This document shows, in pieces, positions 25,385-38,500 of a stretch of DNA of 64,000 bases. The stretch is from Orbicella franksi (taxonomy: Eukaryota), in assembly GCA_964199315.1 (NCBI GenBank), contig OZ116699.1:25544001-25608000 (forward strand). Direction: 5' to 3'. Every line of letters starts with the position of its first letter. Within the stretch, counting starts at the first letter, position 1. Both the position numbers and the translations under genes were made by a program. The notes beneath the pieces were generated by a model. That model had not been told where the DNA came from. It ran no database searches and saw only the letters and a program-made list of their open reading frames with translations.

Positions 25385-26790
25385 TTGAATCTGCGACCTC
25401 GCACACAAAAGCTTGTATACCACACCCGCACGGAGCCCATGAGGGATAGGATCTTTCACACCAAAAATGTTGCCGATTTTAAAGGATGAGAAAACTAACT
25501 TAATATCAATGCTGTTACAATAACGTTTAGCAAAGTGGCGAATCTTTTTTTGCGCGATAACAGAGAAAGGACGAATGTAGGGTAATTTGAAGTAAAAGGT
25601 CCGTGTAGTGTCAGAGACGGAAGCCGGGCCGGATTACAGTCATGACGAGTAAATATGAGATAACGATTAATAATATTTTCAACTAGATGGACTGGAAAAA
25701 GATTCTTTTAAAGGATATCGGTAAGTTTCGTGATGTTCTCGTGAAAACCCAACCAAGTTTTGTTGATCTTGTAGGCTCTATCAACAAACGTGCGAATGAG
25801 ACCCAGTTTGCAGGAATGCGATGTAAAACTAAAGTAATTGGTCAATAGGCCCGTGAAGGTCTTCTTACGGTAAACACTAGTGACAGGAGAATGAGTGTCG
25901 TTGTTGATCAGAACATCTAAGAAAGGTATTTTGTAATCTATTTCTTTTTCCATAGTGAATCTGATGTTAGGGTGCCTAGAGTCGAAAAATAGTAGCGCTT
26001 GATTCTCCGAATGAAAAAAGCAAAATGTATCATCATCATAACGTCGGTAAAATAATATCTCCGAGCCCTGAAAATTTTCCAACCATAATTTTTCGTGATG
26101 CTCCATAAATAAATTAGAAAGAACAGGGGCGAGGGGAGAACCCATAGCTGTTTGCTAAACGTTATTGTAACAGCATTTATATTAAGTTAGTTTTCTCATC
26201 CTTTAAAATCGGCAACATGTTTGGTGTGAAAGATCCTATCCCTCGTGGTTTCCGTGCGGGTGTGGTATACAAGTTTTTGTGTGCGGGCTGTAATGCCTGC
26301 TATGTCGACGAAACCACCCGACATTTTTCCACGCGCGTACGTTAGCACATGTTCAGTGATAGGACCTCTAACATTTTCAAAAACCTGCAAAATTCCCAGC
26401 AATGCCGCACTTCATGCTCCAATGACTGTTTCAGTATCCTAGATCACGCTTCCACCATATCTAGTCTCCTCCGCAGCCGTTGTTTGGGGGTGGAGCGTTG
26501 CGTGACATCCCAAAAAACGGCTGCGGAGGAGACTAACCACCTTCCAGCTTAAGATAAAAGAAGCTATTCATATTCAATGGGAAAAACCTACACTAAATCA
26601 TCAACTTTATCATGTTAATTTAGAACTTTCTCTGTAATATTTTACATTGTTATGTTTCCTTATATTCAATTACCATTTTGCGCACACTATATATTCAACT
26701 CTGTACTTTGTAATTTAAACTGAAGATGACAGAAGATTCTGTTGAAACATGTTTTTAAAAAGCGTTTTGTTTCTTAAAATTTCAACATGT
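25385..26790. mobile_element. Degenerate Penelope-like retroelement, two fragments head-to-head
   Basis: Minus 26149-25400: RT (AMGSPLAPVLSNLFME..RRYDDDTF, YVDD motif altered) continuing to the start of the endonuclease. Plus 26151-26637: GIY-YIG (GVVYKFLCAGCNACYVDETTRHFSTRVR*H..QLKIKEAIHIQWEKPTLNHQ) with an in-frame stop, then a 3' UTR. Confidence 0.88.
26462..26535. mobile_element. 74-bp MITE inserted in the Penelope GIY-YIG region
   Basis: TIRs tagtctcctccgcagccgt / acggctgcggaggagacta (19 bp, perfect); interrupts the frame between LDHAST and TTFQLKIKE. Confidence 0.75.
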
Positions 26791-26956
26791 CTGCTACCAT
26801 CCAGACCTTTTCACTATGTTCCTGAAAACTGTGAGCTGTAGAATATTACACGTCTTAGGAGTGAAATATTGAATTGAGAGAGTTGTTTGAGTGTATGCTT
26901 GGATAGGATATTGGAGAGAATTGCGAGAATTCAATGCTAACAACACGATGGATAAT

Positions 26957-27997
26957 CACGTAGGGGCCAAACCACCCCCCAAATGTTTCTTCAGTTCTTG
27001 GGTATTTCACATTATTTCGCATTACTTAAAAAGTATTGACTCTTTCTACACTAAACTTGGCAGATGAGCAGGAGACCTATTGCCAATTACATTTACGTGA
27101 AAAATGTCGGTAAATGTCAAAGTTGTGACGTCACAGTGATGACGTCATGTTTTTGCCACTTTTGAAGTTTTTAATATGCATATTTTTTTACAATGTGTTC
27201 GAAAGAGCACATCAAAGGGAGTTGAAACCTGAAAAAATTTTGTCCATATCACAAAAATTAAATGAAATATGGCATTTTTAAATATGAAAAATAACTCTGC
27301 AAAATATGGGGTCCCCCCCTTGAGAAAAATCCTCAAATTGGAGCTGTATTTTTGTTCCAGCAAATGCAGCTATGTTGCACATGTGATGTGCCAGATGACT
27401 AAAGCAAAAATAAAGAAGAAAATCGGAATAAAAAATTATCCCTCTAGTGTTATTGCGTTAAAACTAGTTTTGTTACGTCATAACTTGTGACGTCACCCGT
27501 TTTTTTTCTGTTAATACCATCATAAGAAAGCTGAAAATCAAATTTCTAAAACCATACGATTTTTGACAACATTAAGCTTTCTATTTTGCTAGATTATTAG
27601 CCTTCCTAGAATAAAACTGAAAAAAATAAACCAGAGAGATTGACTTAAGAAGGACAGTATGGTTAAGCAAATTCCGGGGGGGGACAACCAAAAAATATTT
27701 AACTTCCCATATCTCAAAAAATAATCATCATAGCAAAAAACGGTTTCCGGCATTTTACTCCTCAAGTCAGGACCTTTCTAATGACATAATCTTTACATAA
27801 GATTTTACAAAAAATTATAACACGTTTTGGTGACGTCATCAATTATGACGTCATAATCTGACATTTTGTCACAACTTCCAAATTAAAATAAACTGGAGAA
27901 CAAAGAAAGCTCATCTGCCAAACTTGGTTCAGAAATATATAAACCAAGCAAATATAGCCTTCATGAAACATTAGGCGGGTGGTATGGCCCCTACGTG
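26957..27997. mobile_element. 1041-bp non-autonomous DNA transposon, CACTA/EnSpm(CMC)-like
   Basis: 21-bp TIRs cacgtaggggccaaaccaccc / gggtggtatggcccctacgtg (1 mismatch), 3-bp TSD aat (26954-26956, 27998-28000); the empty site ggataatggagc is present in copy 1 (~17029-17040). Superfamily inferred from CAC termini plus 3-bp TSD. Confidence 0.85.
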
Positions 27998-29140
27998 AAT
28001 GGAGCAATGAAAACTGTCTAGACTGAAAAATTATCACTCCATAATGTAGAACACCTGCCTATAAATCAAATTTGTCGAGCAAGTTACCTGATACAAGACA
28101 AAAAACAGAGTCATTTCATAACAAATACAAAACGACAGTATTTGACTGTTTGGACGAACTTTTTGCGATTGAATTGACACTGAAAAGGTTTGTTTGCAGA
28201 AAGCAATGCAAGGATTTTTTTCTGTTATGCACACGGCACTTTTTGGCGAGAAAATCATGGACGCGCTTCATTCAAGAGAACAACAAAATTTTTCTGACTA
28301 TCTGTTTGCCTTTTGTTTGAATATCTTCAGGAGTCATCTGATCACACACCCTACTGAGTCTAGTAATCAAAATTGTAAACAAGAAAGACCTCAACGCAAA
28401 GTTTACAAGGACTAGCTAATTGAGGATGAAGGACAATATTTACCATCTTGGAATTGCTGGCAGTAATTTTGCTTCCTTATTTGCAAACTAATAAAGAGAT
28501 GCTTTGACACAATTACTTAAATCTATGGTTGAATTTTTTTTTTGGTAGCTTTATTTCGTTCCCTTTCACTTCGTTCTTTCTTTTCCTGATACCTGCATCA
28601 TACAACTTATTGTAATCATTGACCGTTAAAAGTACTCTTATCACTTGATGGTCGCCGATCCATCGTTCAACAGATGAAAAAATTCTAATTTACATAACCT
28701 CTTCCAAAATGCAACTTTTGATGAAAGAAAAAGGAGGACTCGAAAAAGATCTCGCCAAACAAAGCACCCTTTCAGTGTTTTCTTTTGTTGAATTGCCTTT
28801 CAAGTGCTGCCAATTTGAAGGCAGGTGAACGAATGATCAGTCGATGGTTGACTAGTGTCTGCAGTTAAACTTTCTAATTGAGTTTCGTGTCTGCATTTTG
28901 CCAAGCCAATGGATTCAGAATTGTTTCGCAGAGTCTTGGAAGTAACCAGCGGGGGAACTGCATTATAAATGCTTTAGTTTACAAAACAGTGACAGCAGTT
29001 GGTCTATGCTGTTTTAAACACTTGCGAAGTTTCCACCGAAATGTACTTATGACGAACTTGAAAACAATCACTATAATAGAATCTATCAATCTTCTCATTC
29101 ACGCGCCGTAAATCAGATAAAGATAATATAGCGTTTTTTT

Positions 29141-29308
29141 TAGACACAATTCTGCATTTCGCAAAAAACGAAGCTAAAACGGTGGGCCCCAAATAGTTAT
29201 GTCACACCTTAATAATATTTTTACGCCTGTTTCCTAGACGCATTACCGAGCGGTTTGTATACGCAAATCCGTAGGTGTCGTTTTTTGCGAAATGCAGAAT
29301 TGTATCTA
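29141..29308. mobile_element. MITE with ~31-bp TIRs
   Basis: tagacacaattctgcatttcgcaaaaaacga / tcgttttttgcgaaatgcagaattgtatcta (1 mismatch); not seen at the corresponding position of copy 1. Confidence 0.75.
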
Positions 29309-31754
29309 GGTATATATACAGGTATACTTGATTGTATTGTTAAACTCCCTGAAGAAGTGTGCGCTAGTCACACGAAACGCGTAGGGGAAAATAAAAAAGT
29401 TTTACAACTCAAGTAGTTCGCAGACGTGCTGCTCACTGGTTTTACTTTAAAAAATTTAAAAACAATTTCCGTTGGAGTAAAAGTGACGATGACAAGAATT
29501 AATTTTCAAGCATTCGTTGGAACAAACGTACTGGACCATTTTAAAGTAAATACACTCTTAATGTTTTCGCAAAAGTGAGCCTTAGTTTTACATATTTTGC
29601 AATGCACTAGGGACACCTGTACACGGTATGAAAGAAAACGATGTATTAACAACATTTATTCCGAAAATTATAACTGGAGTAATTAAAGGATTTCACTTTT
29701 AGTTTATTAGTTTTAACCAGTTCTATCTATTATTGCTACTTTTAGCAGTTGACCCAAGATCCAAGAACTGCGCGTTACATTATTTGCTTTCTGTGAAATT
29801 TGGTGCGTGACGAAAGGAAAGATGAATACGACTCTAATCAAAAGCCATTATTTTCAACATCGACAAAAACATTTAACACGACTAAATTATCGATGTTTAT
29901 TATTACCAAAGAAAAATTAACTTCATCTTGGCCATAGCTACGTTTCCCAATAAAACCCCCCAGAAAAATAATTGGGAAAAATTAACACTCGTGGAAATTT
30001 GGCGCCAAACAATTTGGCCGCGGCTTGTTAGGATTTATTTTCTCGACTGTTTGGTGATTCACTCACTTCACCCTGACACTTTCACTCCGCTATAAAATAA
30101 GCATGTGTAAAATTGAAGTTTGAGTTTCTCTGTATGCCTGTCGTCGGGCTTCATACGTTCATCGCCAGTTCAACTTTAACGAGGCTCGGTGAGGCGAAAA
30201 TGGCGAAGCCCACGAAGATTTGATTGACGGCAGCGAAAAACGCAAAACGGTCGGTCGAGAATTGAATTTTTGAGTTCGCGTAAAGTGCGAAGTGCAGTCA
30301 AGTCGGGCTACTTCTTGTAACGGTTCACCTCGATACCAAATTTATTTACTCAGTCGTAGTCTGATATACTGAAAATAACAAGCTCGTGAATGAAAATGGT
30401 GCGTATCGTTCCTGCTACGCAATGCTAACACGATTTTAGTTTGCAATTACTGCCAGAGGTATTAAACAAAACTGTATTATAAAACTGAGTCAAACGTACG
30501 TCAGGATCTATGGTAAAGCGGATGACTGATGGCCCAAGGGGTTGGCAATCATTTCGGTGGATAAAGCGAAAACCGAATACAGATGCCAAGGTGATAGCAT
30601 GCAGATCTTTTGTTCAAAACATCCGATCTCCTGTCAGCGCTCAGTGAAAAATAATGAAATAACAAATTGTCGTAGAAACTGAATTATTTTACCTTTCAAT
30701 GTAGCATCTTCCCTCAGATTCTTGGAATTTCCATGAAAAAATAAAATAAAAACAGCAACACAGACACTGCTTGTTTCTGTCAATCTGAGTGCGGTAAAAA
30801 GCATTGTCAAAATGAAACTTGTGAAAAGACTTTTGCACTTCGGTACCACGGCTGCAGACAGAATTTCCTGTAAACAATAGGCTAAGTGCTAAACAACACA
30901 AGTTACCGATGAGTTGCGTTCATTGCTTAAAACGTTGTCACCTTGTGCTCTTCTGGCTCTTGTCAAAATGTACTCCTTAGTTCCTGTTTTCTCTACTTTC
31001 TTGGCTTCTCCTATGGTGTCTGATAATTGATAACAGCGCTCACGTCAAAGCAAACTTCCAAGTAAAAAAGGTACCTAGGGAGGCGGGGATTTAATAACGT
31101 TCACTAATTGTCATTAGATAAGCTACTTTTGACGCATAAATAACGTTTGCACAGCCCTGATTATATTGCTTTCAAAGTTCAAAATGCGAATCTACTTTAA
31201 ACTACGTCCTACTTTACAGGTTAATTTCAAGAAAAAGAAAAAAAAAATAGATAGAGTAAAAACTTGGATTTAGTTTGGCTAAAACTGGTGATAAAACGTC
31301 GCGATTTTCTCTTCAACACAAAAAGTAACGAGGTCAATCAACATTGTCATGGTATACTTTGGTTTCGTGGCTGATCATGAGCTTCTAAACCTACTGTGCA
31401 TGATTACATTCATCGCCTTTCTACCTTGAGTTTACTTTCTTATGCAAGATGGCAAAGACATTTAAACATGAATGGGCGTAATATTCATGGTGCTATTCGC
31501 TTTTCGTTACCATGGATGCCCTTGGAAGTCAGTCACTTAGACAGATATAAAGCAGCAATAAGTCCGACAATTTCTAACTCGATTGAAACATTGTCTTTTG
31601 ATACAAACTAAAAGATCTGGATAAATCTATTACTCTAAATCCCGTAAACGTTCACAACTAGTTAGGTGTGCTTCCAAAATCTACAGTGAAAGAAAGTAAG
31701 CAAGATCTGAAGCCAGAATTACTTTATTTCACTTGAATTTCAAACATGCTGGAT

Positions 31755-33612
31755 TCAAATATTTTGTACATTCAATTCTTGACTTGCAGTGCACGGAATA
31801 AGACGAATCTGGAGCGAGTCTTGAAGTCGCTTGTCTCCGTCATCAAACAACACGTGGTACACAGCTTTCTCATGGCAGTTATTGTTGACAGAAATCCTCT
31901 TGTGTGTCACCACACCAGGGTAATACCTGGTTCTTCCAGGCCAGAAACCAATTACACGTTGACCAGCGTGGACCTCACTGTAACATGCAGGGTGATCGAG
32001 TATTACTGCTGTCGGGTCAATCCTGTGTAAAGTGATGGTGTCTCCATCATCATAACTGATGAACACGGTCGTGGAGGTGGCACTTGTAACGAATCCGCGA
32101 TAGTATAGACCGTTTTTCCAGCGGGCAAACACTCTGGCACCCACTGGAAGTGTAAAAATGGGATATTAGTTGATGCTGGTCGCTGCAAATGGCAAGCAAA
32201 CTTTTTCAGGTCGCGTTTGACTGGCACTTAAAAAAGGCAAATTTTGGGAAAAAGATTTTGTAAAGGAAATGAAAATATTTATCGCTGAATTTGCTTTGGA
32301 CGAGCTTAGAATGCTAAATGGCTAAACTGAATATTTATGGATGCAGTGTTAGCAGATACCCTTGTGTTATCGTAGGTATGAATGGTTCCTGTGAATCATG
32401 GACAAGGGTCTGTACTGACCTTCATGAGATGACCAGTGCTCAGGAAAAATCCTTAGCTGACTGACAGCGTAATAGTCCTCGTCGTTGTCATCAAAAGTGA
32501 CTTTGAAACGGTTACCAGAATCTTTTTCAGACACGTAACCAATGAAATACGTGTTGCCTCCTTTCCATGTTGCTACCACGTGGTGTCCAATGTCTACGTC
32601 ATGAGGCACCTTATCGGGAATTACCGCTGAAATGTCCGAGACTCTGTGAATAATCGTGTCATTGTCGTCAAACGAAATATTCACCAGGCCATTTCCAATT
32701 GATAACACTTTCCCAGGGTAATAAAGGTTGTTCGTCCAACGGGCAATAATCCGATCATCAACTGTAAAGTAAAGAACGATACCAACTATAACACAGCTAG
32801 CAAGTTAAAACGCCACTTTATAAGGAGTAGCTGACAGACCTCGACTAGTACCTCGCTTTTACCCAGCAAAGATCCAGCTCAAAGCAAGGAAGACAGAAAG
32901 ATTTCGCCATTTGGATCAATATTTAGTACCCACAGTTTTACGCCAGCGTTGGAAAATTCACTTAAGCAGTTATGTCATTCGTCCTCATAGAAACTAGAAA
33001 TCTCTCCATGAAACCTTAGATACGTTCGATGAACTCGAGCAGTGAGGTCGATTTGTTTGATCAGCATACCTTCGAAGTTCGCATAACCACAATTTGTCAT
33101 ATACTTCCTCCAAAGGAAATACCAAAGTCGCCAGCCTAAGAAGCATCCTGGTTTTATATACAGTCAACTTTACAAGACGGACACGTGGTTCTGGTCCCTG
33201 CCGCTTTTCCGTCATTTTACTGTGACTGAATTCCCTATAAGACGGACATCTCTCTAAGACGGACAACGGACACTTTGAAACCGTCAAAGAACATTCTAGA
33301 AGTGCTTTTCCCCGTGAAAAATTCTTCAGTACGGAAACGTATAAACTCAGTGTTACAGCAAATTACAATTTGAGGAGCCAAAATGCTTTTCCTAAGACAA
33401 AAAGATGACAAACATGTGTGCGCTATCAAATTTTCATTTAGTTATCTTTTCCCATTTATACGATTTGGTGATGACAATACAAATTATACTAAAAAAAGCT
33501 GCATGCATCAAGCAAATGCCTAAAATAAAAAATAAACCCACTTACCATTAAACGCATTCGAAAGTGCAGAAACGCTTAAAGCAAAGTAAAGGACCAACAG
33601 AACCTGCTTCAT
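31755..33612 (-). CDS. Secreted protein with four Tudor-like repeats, 287 aa, copy 2 (intact)
   Basis: Exons 33612-33546 (MKQVLLVLYFALSVSALSNAFN, preceded by caaccATG), 33135-33070, 32761-32420, 32143-31755; all phase-1 GT-AG, 864 nt. Repeats: IIARWTNNLYYPGKV..SFDDND; VVATWKGGNTYFIGYV..TFDDND; VFARWKNGLYYRGFV..SYDDGD; VIGFWPGRTRYYPGVV..LFDDGD. Confidence 0.85.
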
Positions 33613-34187
33613 GGTTGTGAATGTTGCCTGTGTAAAGGAGCAAGGAGCCAGAGTGCGTCAGAGCATAATCCATACAGGAAACTGTAAAACTAAATAGTGG
33701 AATTGTGCCAAACATGTCATATGCGACCGACAAGTTAGGAGATTTCATTTCACATTAACGGATGCAAAACAAAAGAACCGTTAAGTAGATTGTGAAACAT
33801 ATCAGATGTAAATTGATCCACAACACTTCAACAGCGGGGCAAGGGTGACCTCAATTTTAGAAAGCGAAAAGTGGAAAGGAAAAATATAAACACCACAAGG
33901 CCAGTGTGAGCTAGCTCCCAAGTTCTTAATATTCCTTTTAGGAATGTGGGGTATTTTTCGCTAGTATTTTGGTACGCGCTAGCTTTTAGAATGCACAGGT
34001 CGTATTCGACGTATTCATATGCCAAATTTCTGTTACTCAAACCACAAGTTATATTATGTTACCTCTCTAAATAGCCTGTTAGTCATTTCCTGTACGGTAA
34101 AAAAGCATCCTTCGATGAATAAAGAACTCCTGTTTCACTTAGCTTGTTAGCATGTAGGAATCTTGGCACGGGAAATTGTGGTTAAGC

Positions 34188-34599
34188 CCCGGGCAGGGGG
34201 CGGGGGTGAAGGGGGCGCTGCCATATATGGGCTATATAGGTATGTGCCGCTGTGAAGGGTATGGTTTTCAAGCAGTTTACTCTAGGATAGGGTATATAAG
34301 TCAGAGCATTTGGGTCTAGAATAGGGTATCATTTTCCACAAAACTGACTGGTTGGTTGAAGATTTTATCTAGAGTAAGGAAACCAGGGATTGCCACTCAA
34401 AAATATAAAAAATTAAATCGGCAAGTTTAAATTTACGCAAATCAGCCTCAACAGTGTGATAGATGGGATGCTTTTGGGAGTTTACTCTAGTATAGGTTAG
34501 CAAAATTCAGCTGAGCTAGCTCTGGTATAGGCTAAGGGTTCCAGGGTCCCAGCGGCACATCCCCACCCAGAAATTCCCAAAGTACCCCCCCCCCCGGAA
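34188..34599 (+). mobile_element. ~410-bp non-autonomous DNA transposon with 8-bp TSD (hAT-like), copy 1
   Basis: TSD ggttaagc (34180-34187, 34600-34607); C/G-run termini; near-identical to 56051-56460. Confidence 0.8.
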
Positions 34600-35531
34600 G
34601 GTTAAGCCCAATGCATGTTTATGCTTTGGTTCACAGGATACTGAGGATATGACATAGTGTTAGCGCATCAAGAAATTGCCAGTAGCAAGCTAGTTTAAGT
34701 CAGTTACACACAAGCCTTCGCACCAGCAGTTGTTCTGAAGCAAGCAATTTTCAAGTCAAGTCTTAGTTGACCTCAAGTCCTTGTTACTTTCACCCTTTTT
34801 TGCTTTACGTAGTAAATTTGTTTGTTATCAAATTGCATTTTGTCTGTAGTTTACATAACAACACCGAATCTAACCTGGTCACACCAGCTTACACCAATTT
34901 TCAACAGAGAGCGAAACAAAATATAACGGTAACAAACACAGTAATGAAAACCGGCTTCCTTTATAAAAACAGACTGCAAAAGAATTGGACATAAAAATCA
35001 TAGCGCACGTTTAAGTCAATTTAGTGAACAGAAAACAAAGTGAACATAAAGTATACGTACATACAAAAAGTAAATCACTGCCTTCCTAATGCCTTCGTCG
35101 ATTCTGGCCATTTTTGCTCCATACAGTGCAGCTTCTTCCTTTAGTCGGTGTTGCTCTTCTGGCCGTAGTGTGCAAACACAGACTCAAATCAAAACAGCTT
35201 CGCGAGAAATGGTCACTGAAGTCAAAGACCCACAGTACTGGCTTATTGATTGATTAGTTTAGTCACTAATTTTATTTTATGGTCTGTTTTCATAAGTCAT
35301 TCGTCTTGAATTCTTAAAAGACTGACAAGTGAAATGTCAAAAAATGATTAATAACTAGGACTAATTTGCGATGCGGTCATGTTTTTAGTAGGACAGAGAA
35401 AAAATGTTTTTGCCTGGTTATCAGCAAGTAACTAGTACTCATTTGCAACACTCCACAGACATATAAGAAAGCACGAGGACTCTATCAAAAGGTGCCTTTG
35501 CCTTCTTAACACGGTATGTACTTAAAATTCC

Positions 35532-38500
35532 TTATTGTTCTTCATGCATTTGCCTTGCCTCTGTAATTGCTTTGGTTATCAGTTTCAAATTGTCCTTTGT
35601 CATTTCTCTAAGCACATCTAAGTCTTCCTTTATCTTCTTTACCAGGTTAGCGCATGCGAGCGTTTGTCTGTACCTTTCCCTATCTACCTTACGCAGGACG
35701 TCTTCGCCTTCTTTTTCAACATCTAAACCTGCCAGCTTTGTGAATTCTGTTTGAGTATCATTAAACAAATCTTCAAATTCCCTAAAATTGGCTAGGATAT
35801 TATCTCTCAGTCTTCGAAATTGCACTGTTGAGTCTTTTAGATCACGGTTGATGACCGCCATCTTGCCATCGCTTGCTGCAGCGTATGACTGCTTGCTCTT
35901 AGCGTTACTCGATACGACGTCCATCTGACCAAGAATCTCCACCCCTTCACTGCCAGCTGAAGTCATCTAATAAAATAACGGGAAAATGGAACGCAACATT
36001 GTGAGTGTTTTTGTAACTGCTTCAAATGAGTCTCTTGTCTAGGTTTCGCAAGACTTTTTGCCTCTGTATGAACTGTTTTCTACAAAATAATGCGATAGGA
36101 TGTCGAGTGCACATGATCACTTCAATAGCCAACCCTCCTAAGAAAGATAGAAACCCGGTAAATTGGACAAAATGGTTTCGTAAATTTAGATTAAGCTGAG
36201 AAAAGGTGGTCCCTAAAAGCTTCTTTTCAAAGAATAAACAACCAATGCAGAAAGCAAGCAAGGAACTCCTGACCCGGTTGGCTAGCATTCGAAAAACATT
36301 TCTAGTTGATTCTATTGTAGCTTCATTTTGAATTCTCCTGATTCTTTTTGGTGTGAACCAAGTGACCAACGCTGTCATTATTTTTGGTATCTTGTGTTAA
36401 AATGTAAAGTACATAAGAGGGTTTATTAGGCATCACAAACTCGCTTCAGCCTGGTTATCGACAAATCTCTACTGACAAGCAATTCCACGGACTCGTTATA
36501 AATACGCCTTGAGAAGTCTACTGTGAGAAGGGTCATTCGCGTATTTTTCAGCGAATACACATCACATTTTACCCTGAAATCCTTACCTTGGCTAACACTT
36601 GAACTCCGTGTTGACCCATCCCTACGTAAGGGTAAAGTTGTTTTGTTGTTTTGTCACACTCTATCAGCAACTCTTTATCTGTCACCTGGTCTCCATTCAA
36701 GCAAAATACAACTGGTACCTTGCCGTTAGATTCCATTTCGAACTTAAGAATGCAACCAATCAGATCACCTCGATTCACCACAGGAACTAAAGGAAGAGAA
36801 CAGAGAGCAAGAAACTCTCAACAACGACAACAATGGACAAGTAACCAAATTATCATCTTTACTGGTGTTATATTTTTATGCCCCATTTATTGATCACTGA
36901 TTTGTAGTATGCTATTTTAGATTTTCCACTAGATTGACCCATGGATACATAATAAATGGAACCAACTAAATGTGATATAACCGAATACCTATGGTTGGCT
37001 GGGCTCATTGACAATCTCAGATATTGATTGACACAATTTAGTGGACTACGTTTGATTGTTGGCGCAACGAAAATGCTAACGAGTGAAGCTGTATATAGGT
37101 ACTTAACAGAAGATGGATGGATTCCTCTATTTCGCTACGTGGAAAATTTTACCGTACCTTCAATTAATCTGCGTGTTGTTAAGTCTTCATTTCCGCCATC
37201 GACAATATTTCCATCCGCGTGATAGGCCACGCTACCAGTATAGCATCCAGGTCTCAAATGAAAATCGTATCCCTTTCGCACCACGCCGACTTCGAGAAAC
37301 CTGTTTCTACCAGTTTCTAGGACTAGAACCTAAGGTGGTAAGGAAGCCACAAGACACAAGCCAAGTTAAACGAGAGTACTCAGTGAGAAAATCAAACAAA
37401 CACCGAACAAAACACACAAAAAGTATTTTCATTCCTACCTCAAAGTGTGGGAAGTCCTTGGAGAACGGAAAAACGTATCTGGCACCATGATGCAATAGTG
37501 ATGCTGTTGATTGTGGAGAAGTCTCACAAACCTCACAACTTTTGACTCCCTCGTACAGGAGAAGGCAGTCCCTCACCTTTACACCCATGCTATGCCACGC
37601 CTGTAATGATGTAAACAAAAAAAAGTTACCAAACAGGAAAAACATGTTTCTAGTACAATGCAGTCTGCTTTGACATTAAGCAAAACCCGATGCTACCTTT
37701 TGGCCTGTCGCTAGAATATCTTGGCGAGCCAGGAATGCTCTCTGCGCAGTTTGATTGGCAATTCGACGATTACCCTCAGCTTCCAAAAACAACTGGTCCA
37801 TCTTCCCTTCCTCTATAAAAAACAAACAAAAGAGAAAACTTTCTGTGGCTAGATATAATTCATTTCACACAACGCAGTTCATTTTATTTAGGTATATTTG
37901 AAAAGACGAGAGGACATTTGTAATTGTTTAAAGCAGATGTCGGTTTTGTCACGTTCTTCTGCTTATATTTCTTCTGTAAAATTTAATTGACACTATGTCT
38001 TTGGGCCACTACATTAAGGACCACATTAACAAAAAATGAAAAAAGAGCTGTCCAACACAGATAAAACTCCATCCACATCTAAAATATAATCGTCATTAAC
38101 AGCAAAAACTAGGTGTTATCTCCTCGTTGTACCTACCTGTTTGAGGAAACGAAAAGCCATAAGCTGCAAAATAACTAGTTTGAAGCTTTTCAATAACTTC
38201 ATCCAGCTCTTTAGTCTGGAAGAAATGAGAAAAGCGACAATAGTAGGTCTCTAACACGCATCCCTCTTCTTCGTCGATAAGAACTACGGTAAGAAATTAC
38301 CCTAAAAGCACATTGGTAAAGACGACCTAGACCTAGAATTCTACGTTTCAAGAAATTGACACGATCAATTTACTTTCTGTAAAAAAAGAACAGAAAAGCA
38401 TCAAGAAAAAAGACCCTTGCAGAATACGCAGATAAATGGTCAGAGCAGCTTATATTTTAAGAGATAGAAATGCTGTGATCATTTCAATCTATAAGATATA

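Larger units (their letters stand above)
26816..33730. repeat. Tandem segmental duplication, copy 2
   Basis: Collinear with 16883-25230; carries copy-specific insertions at 26957-27997 and 29141-29308. Confidence 0.9.

Noticed and set aside
17228-28415. Paired short ORFs in the two duplicate copies (17228/28194, 17966/28878, 22207/30634)
   Set aside because: They recur because the DNA is duplicated; starts and stops differ and there are no motifs or clear splice structure
33520-33545. GT-AG pair right after the Tudor leader exon
   Set aside because: 26 nt is too short for an intron; the acceptor at 33135 gives a conserved open frame in both copies
36022-36378. 118-aa ORF as an extra TRP exon or separate gene
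   Set aside because: Not needed for frame (36587 joins 35966 in phase 0) and no motif; a cassette exon cannot be excluded
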